Assembly: GCF_001194135.2 (NCBI RefSeq)
Contig: NC_069005.1
Location: 15,802,926-15,866,925 of the forward strand
From: Octopus bimaculoides
Lineage: Eukaryota
Length of the DNA stretch: 64,000 bases
Direction: 5' to 3'
This document shows positions 50,298 through 64,000 of this stretch, piece after piece (the first letter of the stretch is position 1; every line of letters starts with the position of its first letter). A model generated the notes under the pieces. That model ran no database searches, was not told the origin of the DNA, and worked only from the letters and a program-made list of their open reading frames with translations. Both the position numbers and the translations under genes were made by a program.

Positions 50298-51615
50298 CCC
50301 TGCTTGATCTGTAGAAAAGGTGTAGGGAGAAACTCCATAAGATGTACCCAGTGTAAGCTTTGGATGCATAAGAGGTGCAGCAACATCAAAAGAAGGTTAA
50401 CAGGGAAGATAGCTTTTGTGTGCGGCAGATGCACAGGGGCAATAAACACCACAGATGCTCAGAAAACTGATTCCATCACATGCAAGGGGGTAAAACTAGA
50501 AGTAGTTGATAGCTTCCACTACCTAGGTGACCAAGTCTGTAGTGTGAGTGGAGAGCATTGCCACTAGAATAAGAATAGCCTGGACAAAGTTCAGAAAGCT
50601 CCTACCTCTACTGGTGACAAAGGGCCTCTCACTCAGAGTGAAAGATAGATTGTATGATGCATGTGTGCAAACTGCCATGCTACATGGCAGTGAAACATGT
50701 GCCGTGACTGCTGAAGACATGTGTAGGCTTAAAAGAAATTAAGCTAATGTGTAATATCAGTGTGCACACATGACAGAGTGCAAACACCCTGAAAGAAATG
50801 CTGGACATAAGAAGCATCAGATGTGGTGTGCAAGAGAGATGACTGCACTGGTATGGTCATGTGCTGCGTATGGATGAAGAGAGCTGTGTGAAGGGTCACT
50901 CCCTAACAGTGGAAGGAACCCGTGGAGGAGGGAGATCTAGGAAGACATGGGATGAGGTGGTGAAGCATGACCTTTAAACATTGGGCTGCACAGAGGCAAT
51001 GCCGAAAGACCAAGACCTCTGGAGATATGCTGTGATTGAGAAGACCCGGCAAGCCAAGTGAGATTACAGCCATAGCCTACACCAGTGTCGCATGATCAGC
51101 CCATTTAAAAAGTACCTTTGAATTGTCGGGTGACATAGAAGACCTTCTGAGTCATGTAAAATCAAAATCAAATCAAATCAAAGCACAATCAAATGGAAAT
51201 TGTAGTTGTGGCCGATGCCAGTGCCACCTGACTAGTTCCTGTGCTGGTGACACGCAATAAGCACCATTCATGTGTGGGTCGTTGCCAGTGCCGCCTGACT
51301 GGCTCCTAATGCTGGTGGCATGTAAAAAGCACCATCCAATGTGGTCGATGCCAGCTATCCTCCCCCCACCACCACTGACTAGCTCCTGTGCTGGTAGCAT
51401 GTAAAAAGCACCATCCGAACATAGATGATGCCAGTGCCGCCTGACTGGCTCCTGTGCCAATAGCATGTAAAAAGCACCCACTACACTCTCAGAGTGGTTG
51501 GCGTTAGGAAAGGCATCCAGCTGTAGAAACATTGCCAGATCAGATTGCCAGTCCCCAGTCAAACCGTCCAGCCTATGCCAGCATGGAAAACGGATGTATG
51601 ATGATGATGATGATG
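50298..51615 (+). mobile_element. RTE-like LINE, 5'-truncated, with a PHD-type finger, C-terminal region, repetitive 3' UTR and (GAT)n tail
   Basis: PCLICRKGVGRNSIRCTQCKLWMHKRCSN...FVCGRC; KLEVVDSFHYLGD; RIRIAWTKFRKLLPLL; LHWYGHVLRM...RKTWDEVVKHDL; tail CCAGCATGGAAAACGGATG(GAT)n. Confidence 0.9.
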
Positions 51616-53164
51616 ACAGTAATGGTAATTATATAATACACAAGGCTTTGGTCAGCATGGAGCTGTAATGAAAGAGAATTTCCCAATGTACGACACAGTG
51701 GGACTGAACCCAAGGTGATATGGCTGGAAAGCAAGCTTCTCAACCACACAGCCATGCCTATAAAGCAGAGATACATTTTAGATAATATACTCCTCGATAT
51801 AATGTGCTTAACAAAAAGATGGGCTGTCTACAGTGAGAAGACCTTTCATTTTAACATTTACTTGAGCAATGCAAAACTAACAATGCTACACCATGCAGGG
51901 TGTTCCAGAATTAACTATGTTTCAATGAAATTGAGCAAATTTTTTTTAAAAAGCTGACAAAATTTTATGTTTATCACCAAAACAAGTAGATTTATAAACC
52001 TTTATTGAAAATTTCCAACATGTCTGTATCCCTACATACTTCAAATCTCGCTTTTGAAGCATTTCAAGAGTTAACTCCTACACTGCTAACTTGAATGTGT
52101 TCTTTAAGCTCAGCTAAACGATTGTTCCATCTTGGGGATGGAAGTAAAGAAATTATTGCTGCCAAATTGAAAAAAAGCTGTCATGGACAAACAAGAGGGA
52201 TCCAACAGGAATGAAAATAAAATTATAAACAAAATTCAAAATTTATACACTTTTAACATATATTAAACATAAGTAAAAGTGAGTGTTAAAATAAATGCAT
52301 CTGATTTTACTCATTAATTCTGGGACATCCTGTATTTACTCTTCCAAATGAATGGGGGAGGGGATTAATTACAGGTGGCGAGTGTAGCTTCTGAAAGTGG
52401 TCACATGGTCAAACTCAAATGGCTATGAGTCACAACAGCAGTTTTTTTTTTTTTTGTCTGAACATTTTGCATTATACAGTTTAGACATGGATGACATAGG
52501 AAGCAGACAGACATGCTGCCAGGCCATGCTGTGTTGCACAGGACTGGAAATGTGAAACATCAACAGGGCACTTCTGGAGAATGGATAAATGAGTTTGTTG
52601 TGCCTTTACCCAGCTGCACACACACACACACACACACATGGCCCGGGATGATAACATGAAGCATCAACTGGGCAACAACAAAAATTTTAATGTTCTTCTC
52701 ATTTCCTCTGCCAAATTGGACAATAAAGTTCTCATGAAATATTATATGCTACTTATAATGCATAAGTAATATCAATATTTTATCGTAGGAAAATGGCCTA
52801 AAACTAAGATAAAACCCAGTGCAGTATACTCAAATCTGATTAATCTGCATTTCTGGTGGGGCCCATAGTTGACGTCGGAAACAATTTTTAGTCAACAGTA
52901 ATTCGAGGAGCCTGCTTAATGTTTGTCGCAAATTTGGAGGAAAGTGACTGGATACTCTTCAAGTTACAGGCCTTAATGCTGCGAAAATGCTTTAAAAATG
53001 CAGTTTATCTGCTCCATTAGGCAAGACATCAAAAAATCTTTTGGCTCATGACACTCCAAGGACCATATGTAATGCATGTGTAAAATTTCATTAAAATCAG
53101 TTGGGTGGATCTTGAGTTTTAATCACATGACAAACACACAGAAAGACACACATTCTGTGTTTTA

Positions 53165-53284
<120 letters not shown>

Positions 53285-53287
53285 TTA

Positions 53288-56200
53288 TGTTGTGGCAAGA
53301 GTCATTGACACCTCTGGGAGATTGGAAGAATGGACAAACCAAACTCTTATAAAGAGTAGTGGTCGGTAGTAGTCAGAGAGTGTTTTGGTAGTATTGCAAA
53401 GTACATTGTGTGAACACATTGATTAAACCTCTGCTACATAATTTATCTACACCAACCTGTGGCAGGATATAAAAGTGGTGATGAGATATTCTTGTGTAGG
53501 ATATTTAAATTTTTTTTTTTGTACAAAACCAAAGAAAATATTATTTAACATGGAAGACTTGTTGGCACATGCGGTGCAGTTGCAACAGCAACAACAACAA
53601 AACCAACTATTACTGGAAGTCATGCTGAAAAAGTCTGAAAATATTTCGGGTTCATTCTCATCAGACAGTATAGCAAATTCAATTGGAGAATTTATTTATA
53701 ACCCAGAAGAAGGTACTACTTTTTCTTCATATTTTCAAAGATACAAAGAAATCGTCAAAGAAGAATGTAAAAGTTAAAATGATGAGAAGGTGTGACTACT
53801 TTTAAGAAAGTTATCCCCTCCCAAAGACGAAAAATACTGTAACTATATTCTGCCGAAGAAACCAAGTGAGATTTGCTTCAGTCAAACAGCTAATTTGTTA
53901 TCGAGAATTTTCAGTGAAAGAAATTCCCTGTTCAATACTTGTTGGCAATGTTTAAATTTAGTTAAAAAAGATGATGAAGATTTCATCACCTATGCTGGGG
54001 TCATTAACAGAGAGTGTGAAAAATTTTAATTAAATGAATTAACCCCAGATCTGTTCAAATGTGTAATTTTTGGTCAAGGTTTAACAGCAAGAAAAGATGT
54101 TGGATATACGTTCCCGTATATTAACAAAATTAGAACAGGACCAAAAACTAACTCTACAGTCAGTGTCTGAAGAATGATAGGGGATTATAAATTTAAGACA
54201 TGATGCAGATAAAATTGAAGAAAAAGACTGCTATCAGATACATGCATGTCATTCTGAAACAGATAAGAAAAAGAAAAACGAACATCAATGCTAAATCCAT
54301 GTTATGGTTGCAGAAGTTTACATTTTAAAAATAATTGTCCTTTTAAAAATCGTAAACGTTTTGATTGAGGAAAAATCGAACGTAAAAGCTCAAATTGTAT
54401 AGCGAAACAAAAAAAAAAGGGTCAAACAAAAAAATTTCTAGAAAGAATGAATTGTTAAAAAAAATTCTAAGCAAGGCTCAGAAAAGAAAATTTGTGTCCA
54501 TAAAAATGAATAATGTGAATATCAAGTTACAATAGCATACAGGCAGTGATTTCATGATAATTAATACAGATACATGGAGAAAAATAGAGAAACCTAGATT
54601 AAAGGAAACTTCAAAAATTGCGCAAGGTGTTTCAGGAAAAATATTGCATTTTATGGGTGAAATGATAAGTGATGTTACATTTCATAAAAAGGCTTTGAAA
54701 GCCAAAGTTTTTGTGTTGAAAAATACAAATTTATTTGGAACAGACTGGAGGGAACTATTTCACTTACGGGACCTACTCATAAATATTTTTTGTAAGAATG
54801 TGAATGGTTCTTCTGCCAGTACAAATAAGGTGGTGAATTTAAAAAAAGAATTAAAACAAATTTTTCCTCAGGTTTTTTCTGAGGAACTATGTCTTTGCAC
54901 CAAAACAGAGGCAAATATTCAAGTGAAAGAAAACATTATACCGGTATTTAAAAGAACAATACCTTTCACAGTGTTGAAACAAGTCAATGAAGAATTGGAT
55001 AGACTTGAAAAGCTTGGTGTTACTGAAAAAACTGATTACTCAAAATCAGCATCCTCTACACTTTATGTCAAGAAAAGAAATAATAAAATCTGAGTATGCC
55101 CTGATTTCTCAATGGGATTAAATGAATGTTTGATGCCATATAATTTCCCATTATCAAGTCCAGAAGAAATTTTTGCGAAGTTGAATGGAGGAAAATTTTT
55201 TTTCAAAGTTCTCCACCTGAAGCATATTTGCAGGTAAAAGTCGATGAGTAATGTTCAAAATTATTGACAATACATATCCATAAAAAGTTGTATAAATTTA
55301 ATCGACTCCCTTTTGGTATAAAAGTAGCACCTGGCATTTTCCAACAAATCCTGGACATTATGCTCATAGGTTCGGATTTCGCTGTAGCTTACCTTGACGA
55401 CATACTCATAGAACGTGAGTCTTGAGGTCAGCATGCTGAGCATGTTAAAAAGGTCTTCGAAGGAATAAAAGATTATGGTTTTAAGCTCAGCAAGGAAAGG
55501 TGTGAATTTTTTATGCCAAGAATAAAATACTTAGGGAAAATTATTGATGAAAATGGACACAGACCAGACCTGTCTAGGGCCAGTGCAATAGATGAACATT
55601 ACAAGCATTTTAGGGGCTTGCAAATTACTACCAGGTATACATTCGAATATGCACAATTTAAGAGCATCCCTGAATAACTTGTTAAAAAAAAAAAGTTAAG
55701 TGAAACTGCTTGGACAAATGCCAAAAAGCTTTTGAAGAAATTAAAGACATCTTAATGTTGGAATTGTCGTTATCACATTTTGATCCAAATTTAGAAATAG
55801 TAGTGGTAGTAGATGCTAGTGAAAGTGGTACTGGAGCTGTGATTTTACCCAAATATGAAGATGGTAGCCTGAAAGCAGTAGCTGATGCTTTGCCTTCATT
55901 ATTGCTGGCTGAGAAAAGTTACAGTCAAATAGAGAAAGAAGCATTACCTATCATATTTGCAGTAAAAAAAATCCATAAATTTATTCATGGAAGAAGGTTC
56001 CGTTTGCAGACAGACCACCGCCCATTATTGTCGATCTATGGATCAAAAAAGGGTATTACCACTCATACAGCCAGCAGATTACAGCACTGGGGAATGATCC
56101 TAATGAATTATGACTTCAAGATGGAGTATTTGCCATTGAAAAAATTGCGACATGCAGATGATTTGTCAAGGCTAATACCAAAATATAGATAACCATTAGA

Positions 56201-57190
56201 AGACACAGTGTTAGCAGCATTAAAAGCTGAAAATCTAATAAAAAATATATCATGCAATGTTGTGTATGAATTGCCTGTGACATTGGAGGAAATAAAAATT
56301 AAGGCAGAGACGGATGTGTTTACCGTAAAAATGAAAACAATAGTGAGATCAGAAGAAACAAATAAAAAAAAATACGTGTAACAGAGTTTCGAATTTGTAT
56401 TCAATATGTGATAATGTGCTTATGTATGCACAGAGGGTCATAATGCCTACCTCACTACAAGGTCAGGTTGCTCTTGGACGCTACTGGTAACGTGTAATCC
56501 AGTACAACCTATCACACTGGTCAGGTCACTTTTTGGGGTGCTACTGGTAACAACCTGCTGCATGCACTGGGACATCGAGAAATTGGTGAAAACTGGTAGA
56601 GGTTGCATGCTCAGCAGCCAAAGTACCACAAGTAAAATACCTATCATGTTCCATTAAAAGGCAGCAAGTTGGCAGAAATCATTGAAGAGTGTTGCTAGAA
56701 GCCGATAAGAGTCGGTGTGTTAGTTCCAAGTTGAACTCACATCGAATATGTAAGCTGCCATAATGATAGTTGTTCGAATTACTGTGTGTTGGTCCCATTG
56801 CTAGAATGTGGTAAGGGTTTGATTCCCCTGATCACAATATATCGGATGCAGCTGTGCAGTATTAACCAGCAAGAGGAGATGTCTTTTTGGGGTTAAAAAT
56901 CACACTAAAGTCAATTTGTAACAAACTGCTACCAGAAAGTAAAACAAATAGAGAAAACACTAAAAATACAACAGAGTTCTTTTTTTTAATATCGGTAACG
57001 AGGTGTTTTTCAAAATATATAAAAATGGAAGACAAGGTTGGGAAGACGGAGTAGTAACAAAAAGAATAGGCAAAATGACATATATGAGAAGAGGCGAAAA
57101 ATGAGAACACAAAAGGCATTTAAACCAACTAAAAAATAGATATACGGAAAAAAGAAAAGCAATACCCATGGAAGTGTTCTATGACCTTTA
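53288..57190 (+). mobile_element. Gypsy/Ty3 LTR retrotransposon (Mag-like), degenerate, integrase core deleted, no 3' LTR seen
   Basis: Putative short LTR TGTTGTGG..(53288-~53474) then PBS-like TGGTGATGAG; gag FIYNPEEGTTFSSYFQRY; Cys/His knuckle; protease HTGSDF; RT AYLDDILI; RNase H VDASESGTGAV, YSQIEKEAL, TDHRPL; integrase zinc-finger remnant and C-terminal KRHLNQLKNR. Confidence 0.9.
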
Positions 57191-57728
57191 AAACTGGTAT
57201 ACATGGGCAACTGCTGGTCTTACATAAACAACTTTCCTCAGATTTGTGCCTTGAAGGGAAACTTTCTTGGTGTATCTCATGGTCATTCATGACCAAAAGG
57301 GAGCCTTTACCCTTTTATACAATAGTAAGTTAACAAGTAAATTATTAAGGCAGTATAAGGTGATGAGCTGGCAGAATCGTTAGCATGCTGGGTGAAATGC
57401 TTAGTGGCATTTCATTCATCTTTGCATTATGAGTTCAAATTCCACTGAGGTCAACTTTGCCTTTTATCTGTTCAGGGTCAATAAAACAAGTACCAGTTGA
57501 GCCCTGGGATCAATGTAATCGACTTAACACCTCCTGTGAAATTGCTGGCCTTGTGCCAAAATTTGAAATCATGTCAGTGAGTCAGTGAGTAAGTTTAAAA
57601 CTTCACACAGCTGTAGTTCACCAACACTACCCAAACATTACCCCATGAAGCTATTTGACATCAAACTTAAATAGCTGCAACCACATGGAACAATGTGAAA
57701 TAGTTACAATAGTGACCTAACAATAATA

Positions 57729-58934
57729 TTGGGTCATCCCATAAATAATATGGTGTTTTCAGTTGCATGAACTAAAAGTCTGAGGGGGATGGGATAAACT
57801 ACCTGCATCAACTTGCTATAAGAGTAGGTAGTAATTTTACCTTGTCCTTATTCTTAGTGCAAGTTTTGAAGAGTGCAGTTCGATTTTAACAGTTATTTTT
57901 TCAAAGCTATAAATGGGAGTGACAAAGGAGCATATTTGACATATTTTGCTCTATGAGTTCAATAAAGACAACAACGTAATGGAAAGTGTGAGAAAATATA
58001 AATAAGCGTAAGTCAGGGTCAAAGGTGGTTCCAGAAATTCCTAGCAGGAAACTACAGCCTAGAAGATGACTTTCATCCTGGATGATCTGTAGAGCTCAAC
58101 AAGGACATCCTGCAAACCCTGGTGGAACAAAATCCATCATAACTGTTGAGGAACTAGCAGAGAAGCTTGCCATCGGAAAAGTCAGCAAATTGGGTCAATG
58201 GGTTCATCACAAATTTTCCAAGTCTAATCATATGCAGAGAGTGAATGTTTGCTCTTCTTTACTGTCACATCTCATGAATGAACCTTTTTTAGACCAAATA
58301 GTGACGGGTGATGAGAAATGGGTTCTCTATAAAAACGTCAAGTGCTGAAGACAGTGGGTAGGGAAAGGAGAAATACTGGCACCCCAGGCTTCAACCACAT
58401 AAGGTGTTGTTATCTGTTTGGTGGGATATGAGAGGTTTAATCAACTTTGAGCTTTTAGACCCAAACTAAACGATAACAAAGGAGATCTACTGTGAGCAAC
58501 TTGAGCAGCTTAGAAAGAAAATGACCATCTCTGGTTTCAAGTCAAAAGATGCTCTTCCATCAGGATAATGCTCAGCCACATACAGCAAGGATGACATTCA
58601 AAAGGCTGGAGCAGTCTGAATGAGAAACGATGCTCCACCCATCATATGCATTGGACATTGCCTCATCTGATTATCATTTATTCCACAGTCTTCAAAATCA
58701 TTTGGATGGAAAAAATATGAATTCTGTAGACAAGATCAGAACAGTACTGGAGGAGTATTTTTCTTCACGGACAAGTGAATTTTGGAAGAGGGGCCTTGCA
58801 AGTCTACCAGATAGATGGAAGAGAATTGTAGAAAATGAAGGAGAGTATATTTTAGATTAAAAAAGAATTTTGTTTATCTTAATTTTTTAAAATGAAAAGT
58901 ATTAAAAAAACGCATTATTTATGGGATAACCCAA
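57729..58934 (+). mobile_element. mariner (D,D34D) transposon, near full length, disrupted
   Basis: TA flanks; TIRs TTGGGTCATCCCATAAATAAT / ATTATTTATGGGATAACCCAA; QWVHHK, IVTGDEKWVLYKN, HQDNAQPH, HPSYALDIASSDYHLF. Confidence 0.95.
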
Positions 58935-60639
58935 TATTACGGACAGGTAGAGAAAGATGATACAGTGTGCAGATGTTGATTGGATAAGTTTACATGTTAA
59001 CAATAGAATAATATAAATATAGCATTACTCTAACCACAAAAGATTAATTGTGTTAATCATTCTATCTTTGTGATTTTGAATTCACTTTGTAATTCTGCAG
59101 CTCCTATGTGATGTTGTCATAATAGTTATCAAGTTTGCATGACTTAGGGACTAGTATTAACATCCTTATAGCTCAATCAGGATTTGAAAAGCTCATTCAA
59201 GCTCAAAGAAAAGAGAAAAATAATGCTGTCATGACATATGGTGAGTTTTGAACATTTTTAGATTTGGAAGGGCCCATTTCTCACCAAGTCTGAGACAACA
59301 GTAGAAAAGAAGAGAGGCAAAGAGTTTTGGTCCCAGTGCTGGATTGGTACTTTATCAAGCTTGAAAGAAAAAGTTGATTTCTGAGGTGTTTGAATACAGC
59401 ACACAGAGAGGTGGAAAGAATAGCATATATATATATATATAAAAGAGAGGGGGAGAGAGAGAGAAAAAGGGAGAGAGAGGGAGAGAGAGATGGGAAAAAC
59501 AGCACAAAGTAATCTTTTGGGGATCTGGCAACTTGCTGTTTATACATGGTGAAGGCACGTGGCTTAGTGGTTAGAGTATTATTCAGCTCATGATCTTAAG
59601 GTTGTGACTTCAATTCCCAGTGGCACATTGTGTCCTTGGGCAAGACACTTTATCTCATGTTGCTCCAGTCCACTCAGCTAGAAACAATGAGTAGTTCCTG
59701 TACTTCAAAGGGCCAGCCTTGTCACATTCCTAGTTATGTTGAATCTCCCTGAGAACTACATTAAGTGTATGTGTGTTTGTGGAACGCTCAGCCACTTCAT
59801 CATCATCATCATCATCAACATTTAACATTTGTTTTTCATGTCAGCATGGGCTGGATTGCTTGACAGGGACTGGCAAGGCCAGTATCTGCACTAGGTTCCA
59901 TAGTCTGTTTTGGTTTGGTTTCTCTGACTGGGTGCCCTTCCAAGCACCAACCATTTTACAGAGTGTACTGGGTGCTTTTTATGTGATACCATCACCAGTG
60001 CTTTTTATGTGGCCCCAGTGCTTTTTACGTGAGACCAGCACCCACAACCAATTCTTTTCTACATAGTACCTTGGTTTTAAGATCTCAATTCTGTTGTGGT
60101 GGGTAGGTCTTCTTGAGTACAGCACTGCCCCACACACCTCAGTCCTCTGTCATCTCCTTTGTAAGATTCAATGTTCTGAGATCCATTTTCAGGCTGTTCT
60201 GTCGATCAGATCAACTGGAACATGCATCATCATAACTGACAGAGTGCCAGTTTCATTTATCCATCATAGGAAATGTTAGAGACTGAGCAGCAGGAGTTGG
60301 AGAAATCGATAATGTTGAATTGTTAGAAAAATCACTGCAGGTGATCATCTGATCAAGTGGCAGCCCAACAGGAAATGAAAAAGTTGGTAATGCCAATCCA
60401 TTGATAACATTATCATGATTAGCAGATGTTTGTGGAAGGATATTTAGGAACTATTTGTTCAATTAATGCTAACTGAACTTTTCTATAGTCAAAATCTAAT
60501 TCAGGCTGTGTTTGTGTTTCTGCTAACATGAATCAGATAACACACATCAGCAGGAAACATCATTATTTTTATTCTTTGTAATTAACCATTTGTCTAACTT
60601 CATAAAAAGAATTTGCAAATTTACAGCTAATCATCTTGT

Positions 60640-61330
60640 CTTCCAAGTAATTTTTCTGCCAGATGCACCTGATTTACATACACCTGATGCACAATAATGG
60701 TCAAAAAGAACCTTTGGCAAGTTCTCATCAAATTTCCTAATTTATGGAATGTAATCTTTCAGAACAGACTTCATTGTTTACATAGCTCTTTCTGCTGCAT
60801 TAGATTTTGGACTGCAGATAGAACTTTCAGTTTCTTTGTAATTAAGTCACTTTAGCTAATCCTTTAATTAAATGAATCCTGGTTCATTGTCTCTAATACA
60901 ACTGTCATTGAACTAACGAAGCTAGAGAAAATTGAGAAAAGTCATTTCCTCACATATTCTGAACTTATGTTGAAATCTCAACCTTAATTCCAGGAAATTA
61001 ATTATAACACTGGGTAACATGATTTTGGTCCTTAGGTAGTAACTGTCATTTCTATTTGCTTACCCCTAGAAAACATGAAAAATGGCTAATATTTCCTTCA
61101 AACTTTGCTTTTCTTATAGTTATTCAAACCCCAATGAAACCTTCTCAACACATGGCTATGGTGCTCCCCCACTATTCCTGCTCATCATCGGAGACATACA
61201 TATTGTCAGCAACTGAGAGACATGCTCAAGTGGTTAAGGTCAAGCAAGTGACAAGAAGATTTCTGCTATTGCACAGAATATTTGCTATAATGATATTTCT
61301 GCTTCAGCAACCCAATGCTGAATCTGTCTG
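60640..61330 (-). pseudogene. Highly eroded LTR-retrotransposon integrase remnant
   Basis: Minus strand 60822-60680 reads ICSPKSNAAERAM*TMKSVLKD...FDENLPKVLFD, resembling the PQSNGxAERxVxT integrase motif; upstream parts only weakly similar. Confidence 0.4.
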
Positions 61331-61989
61331 AAATGTAATGGAAAATAGGTCAGTTTCTAAACATTGATGTCCAGGTCAGAAAAACAATGTTTGAAGAGAT
61401 TTCTAGAGAGAAGCAAATAGGAAATAACACTTAACTGACCAAAGACAAAAAAAAAAAAAAAAAATACACGGTGTTATCATTCTAAAAGAGTTGATCAATG
61501 ATTTTTTCTAACCATGTGATTACTTAAACCTTTGCATACACAAAGCAACCTTTTAAGTTTGTTCTATATGCACATGCTTGTTTTTAGACTTTTAGTTAAC
61601 ACTTGTTTCACATGTTCTGAGTTATATAAAACTTTCTCTTCATAAGTCTCAAGTAACTCTGGAGATTGAAAAAAATTGAGAATGTGTATCATGTATAATT
61701 CATGGATGCCAGAGAAATATGCCCCATGTATTGCATGTGATACACAAAACAGGCAAAAGGATAAGTAAAAATAAGAGGTAACCATGTTAAAATGATGTTT
61801 AATGTGTTCTACAGTCTCACCATTACCAAAAGTTTATTCATTGCCTGTATCAGAATGTAATGAACTTTTAAACAACACTGAATCAAACTGATATGAATCA
61901 CATTTTACTCCATTAAAAGCAGTGACATTATCAATGGTTTTACAACTTCTTGCTTGCTTTGTTTTCTTTGTTTAATGGGGCTGGGGTCA

Positions 61990-62200
61990 TTCCAAGTTAG
62001 TGGTCTTGGAGATGTCATGATGTGCAGAGCCAATCAGGTCTACCAGTACTTTTCATTGCTGGTGGTCCCATGCCAGACCCTCCGCAACCTCCAATGTGAA
62101 GTCAAGCCTCTAAAGATCTTTCTTAATCACACCCAGCCATCTGGTGCAGGGTCTGTTACAAAGCCACTTCCAACCCGCAGCTGCTGTGTCAAATGAGAGA
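61990..62200 (-). mobile_element. RTE-like LINE 3' fragment
   Basis: PCTRWLGVIKKDL*RLDFTLEVAEGLAWDHQQ*KVLVDL, the RTE C-terminal RW...DL motif. Confidence 0.6.
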
Positions 62201-62947
62201 AAAGCCCTGGCAGGATGATCTAGCTGGTGTATTCTTTTACTTTTTACTTGTTTCACTTACTGGTCTGCAGCCACACTGAAGCAACAACTTGAAGGATTTT
62301 ATTCAAACAAATCAATGCCAGTACTTATTCTTTTTGAAAGTCTGGTACTTATTCTGTCATTCTCTTTTGCCAAACTGCTAAGTTATGGGAATATACACAA
62401 ATACAAACAGACACACACACACAGTGGGCTTCTTTTAGTACCTGTCTATCAAATCCACACACAAGGCTTTGGTTGGCCTGGGGCTGTAGTAAAAGACACT
62501 TGCCCAAAGTGCCATGTAGTGGGACTGAACCTGAAACTATCTGGCTGGGAAGTAAACTTTGTACCACACAACTACGCCTGAAGGTTCTGACTTTTATATC
62601 ATAGTGGCATTATCTTTTAATAATGATTTTCCCCGGTGGAAAAAATAAATACCAGTAATTGCATTGACATTAAATTCAGTCACTAAATCACTTCTCTTAC
62701 AAAAAGATCCTCATTTAAAAATGATTGCACAAGGGAGAAAAAGTATTTTGTAGCTATTATATCCTTCATAACACAAACTCAAATTTTTTCTTCAAAAACA
62801 TGTGACCAAAAATGTTTAAAATATGTGATTCAGGGAAAATTCAAACAATACATTTATTTCAAATGTACAAAAGGTTTAAAGAGATGAGTGAAATATTAAG
62901 GTAAAGTTTTGTTATGTGAAACCGGAAGAACATGAATAAAGTGAGCA

Positions 62948-63453
62948 TTAAGTCTTTTGCTACCATATTTCTGTTGAACACACTGCTTTTGTTTCAATTA
63001 AATTTGGAAGTAATAAAGAATTTAACCCTTTTACACAGAAAGCAGATATCTCCACTCCAGATTATATTATCTTTAACTGCAGAAAGTAGTTTTATACACC
63101 AATCTATCTTTTGTTGAAGAATCTATTTTCTGATGAGATATACTGGCTTTAACCCTTTTGTTACCACATTTGCATCAAATACACTACTTTTGCTTCAAGT
63201 AAAAATGAAAGTAATAAAGAATTTAACCCTTTTACACAGAAAGCAGATTTATCCTCTCAAAATTTTAATATCTTTAACAGCAGAAAGCAGTTTTTTATAT
63301 ATCAATCTATCTTTCGTTGAGGGAACTATTTTCAGATAAGTCAAGTTTATTGAGGCATCAGGAGTTGCAGAAAATATCAGTTCTATTTTTGGTAGATATT
63401 TAACATCATCATTGGAATACCCATGAAATTTAATTTTGCAGTGAAAGGGTTAA
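62948..63453. mobile_element. piggyBac-type MITE (63149-63453) preceded by a partial tandem copy (62948-63140)
   Basis: TTAACCCTTT...AAAGGGTTAA ends; duplicated block GTAATAAAGAATTTAACCCTTTTACACAGAAAGCAGAT. Confidence 0.7.
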
Positions 63454-64000
63454 AGTAAAACAATGGTGTCATTATCAAACTGCTGTTTGGGATATAAACT
63501 GACATGAAATTTTGATGGAAGGTTTTAATTTAGTTCACTTCAAAGCATAAAGCTTGTGGTTAAGAAAAGAAGCAGTGTTATGTGCAACAAGATGCCAATT
63601 TATAAAAAACATTAAAAACAAAAAAACAGTTCAAAGGAAAATAAAAGTACAACCAACAACAAAATAGGACCACAAAAATAAGCTGTGAAAATGCTCCATG
63701 CAGTGCAATATGCGAACCCCCATTTACATAAATTAAAAAATATGCAAAAGGTGAAGTAAAAAGCAATATGCCCTGTTAAAGTGGTATTTGCCTACTTCAT
63801 GATTAACCAATCTCTATCTGTTACAGCCAGCCTTACATGGCTCTTCAATTATTTCAAATGTACTTCATTAGATAAAACAGGAGAAACTTGGTCTTTTAAC
63901 AGATTCTCTTTTTTTGTTTTCCTTGTTTTTTTAATTTTTTTTATTGCTCTAAAAGGCAATATGACACTATCATTAGGTGAAAACCCTACCGCATAACAGC

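Noticed and set aside
60270-60530. Open minus-strand frames resembling a terminal exon (FLNILPQTS…MMDK*)
   Set aside because: Poor acceptor, two overlapping frames needing a frameshift, and directly downstream of the integrase remnant; more likely a decayed pol tail.
61564-61785. Exon-like ORF (…ELLETYEEKVLYNSEHVKQ…) with a strong acceptor
   Set aside because: A diverged copy of the same sequence lies at ~29160-29290 on the opposite strand, so it is a dispersed repeat.

Overview
AT-rich, repeat-saturated animal genomic DNA, most likely intronic/intergenic, with several N gaps. The SINE/LINE complement looks like octopus; this is pattern recognition, not a database match. There is no intact host gene, only one good and two weak orphan exon candidates on the minus strand. 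Most of the window is decayed mobile DNA: CR1-like and RTE-like LINEs, at least three tRNA-derived SINE families, a near-full-length Penelope-like element (PLE) plus a second PLE fragment, three mariners, a piggyBac and its MITEs, a Gypsy LTR element, a probable non-autonomous Helitron, and many microsatellites. Almost all ORFs in the supplied track are microsatellite artefacts or TE fragments. Two things stand out. (1) Type I hammerhead-ribozyme motifs: three fold convincingly (151-192, 5948-6008, 6553-6597), one with a U3:A8 compensatory core; several more are degenerate and often sit in or beside long hairpins or tandem repeats, suggesting non-autonomous PLE/retrozyme-like elements. (2) A ~570-bp inverted duplication whose second arm preserves the empty TTAA site of the piggyBac inserted in the first arm. 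All folds and alignments were done by eye.
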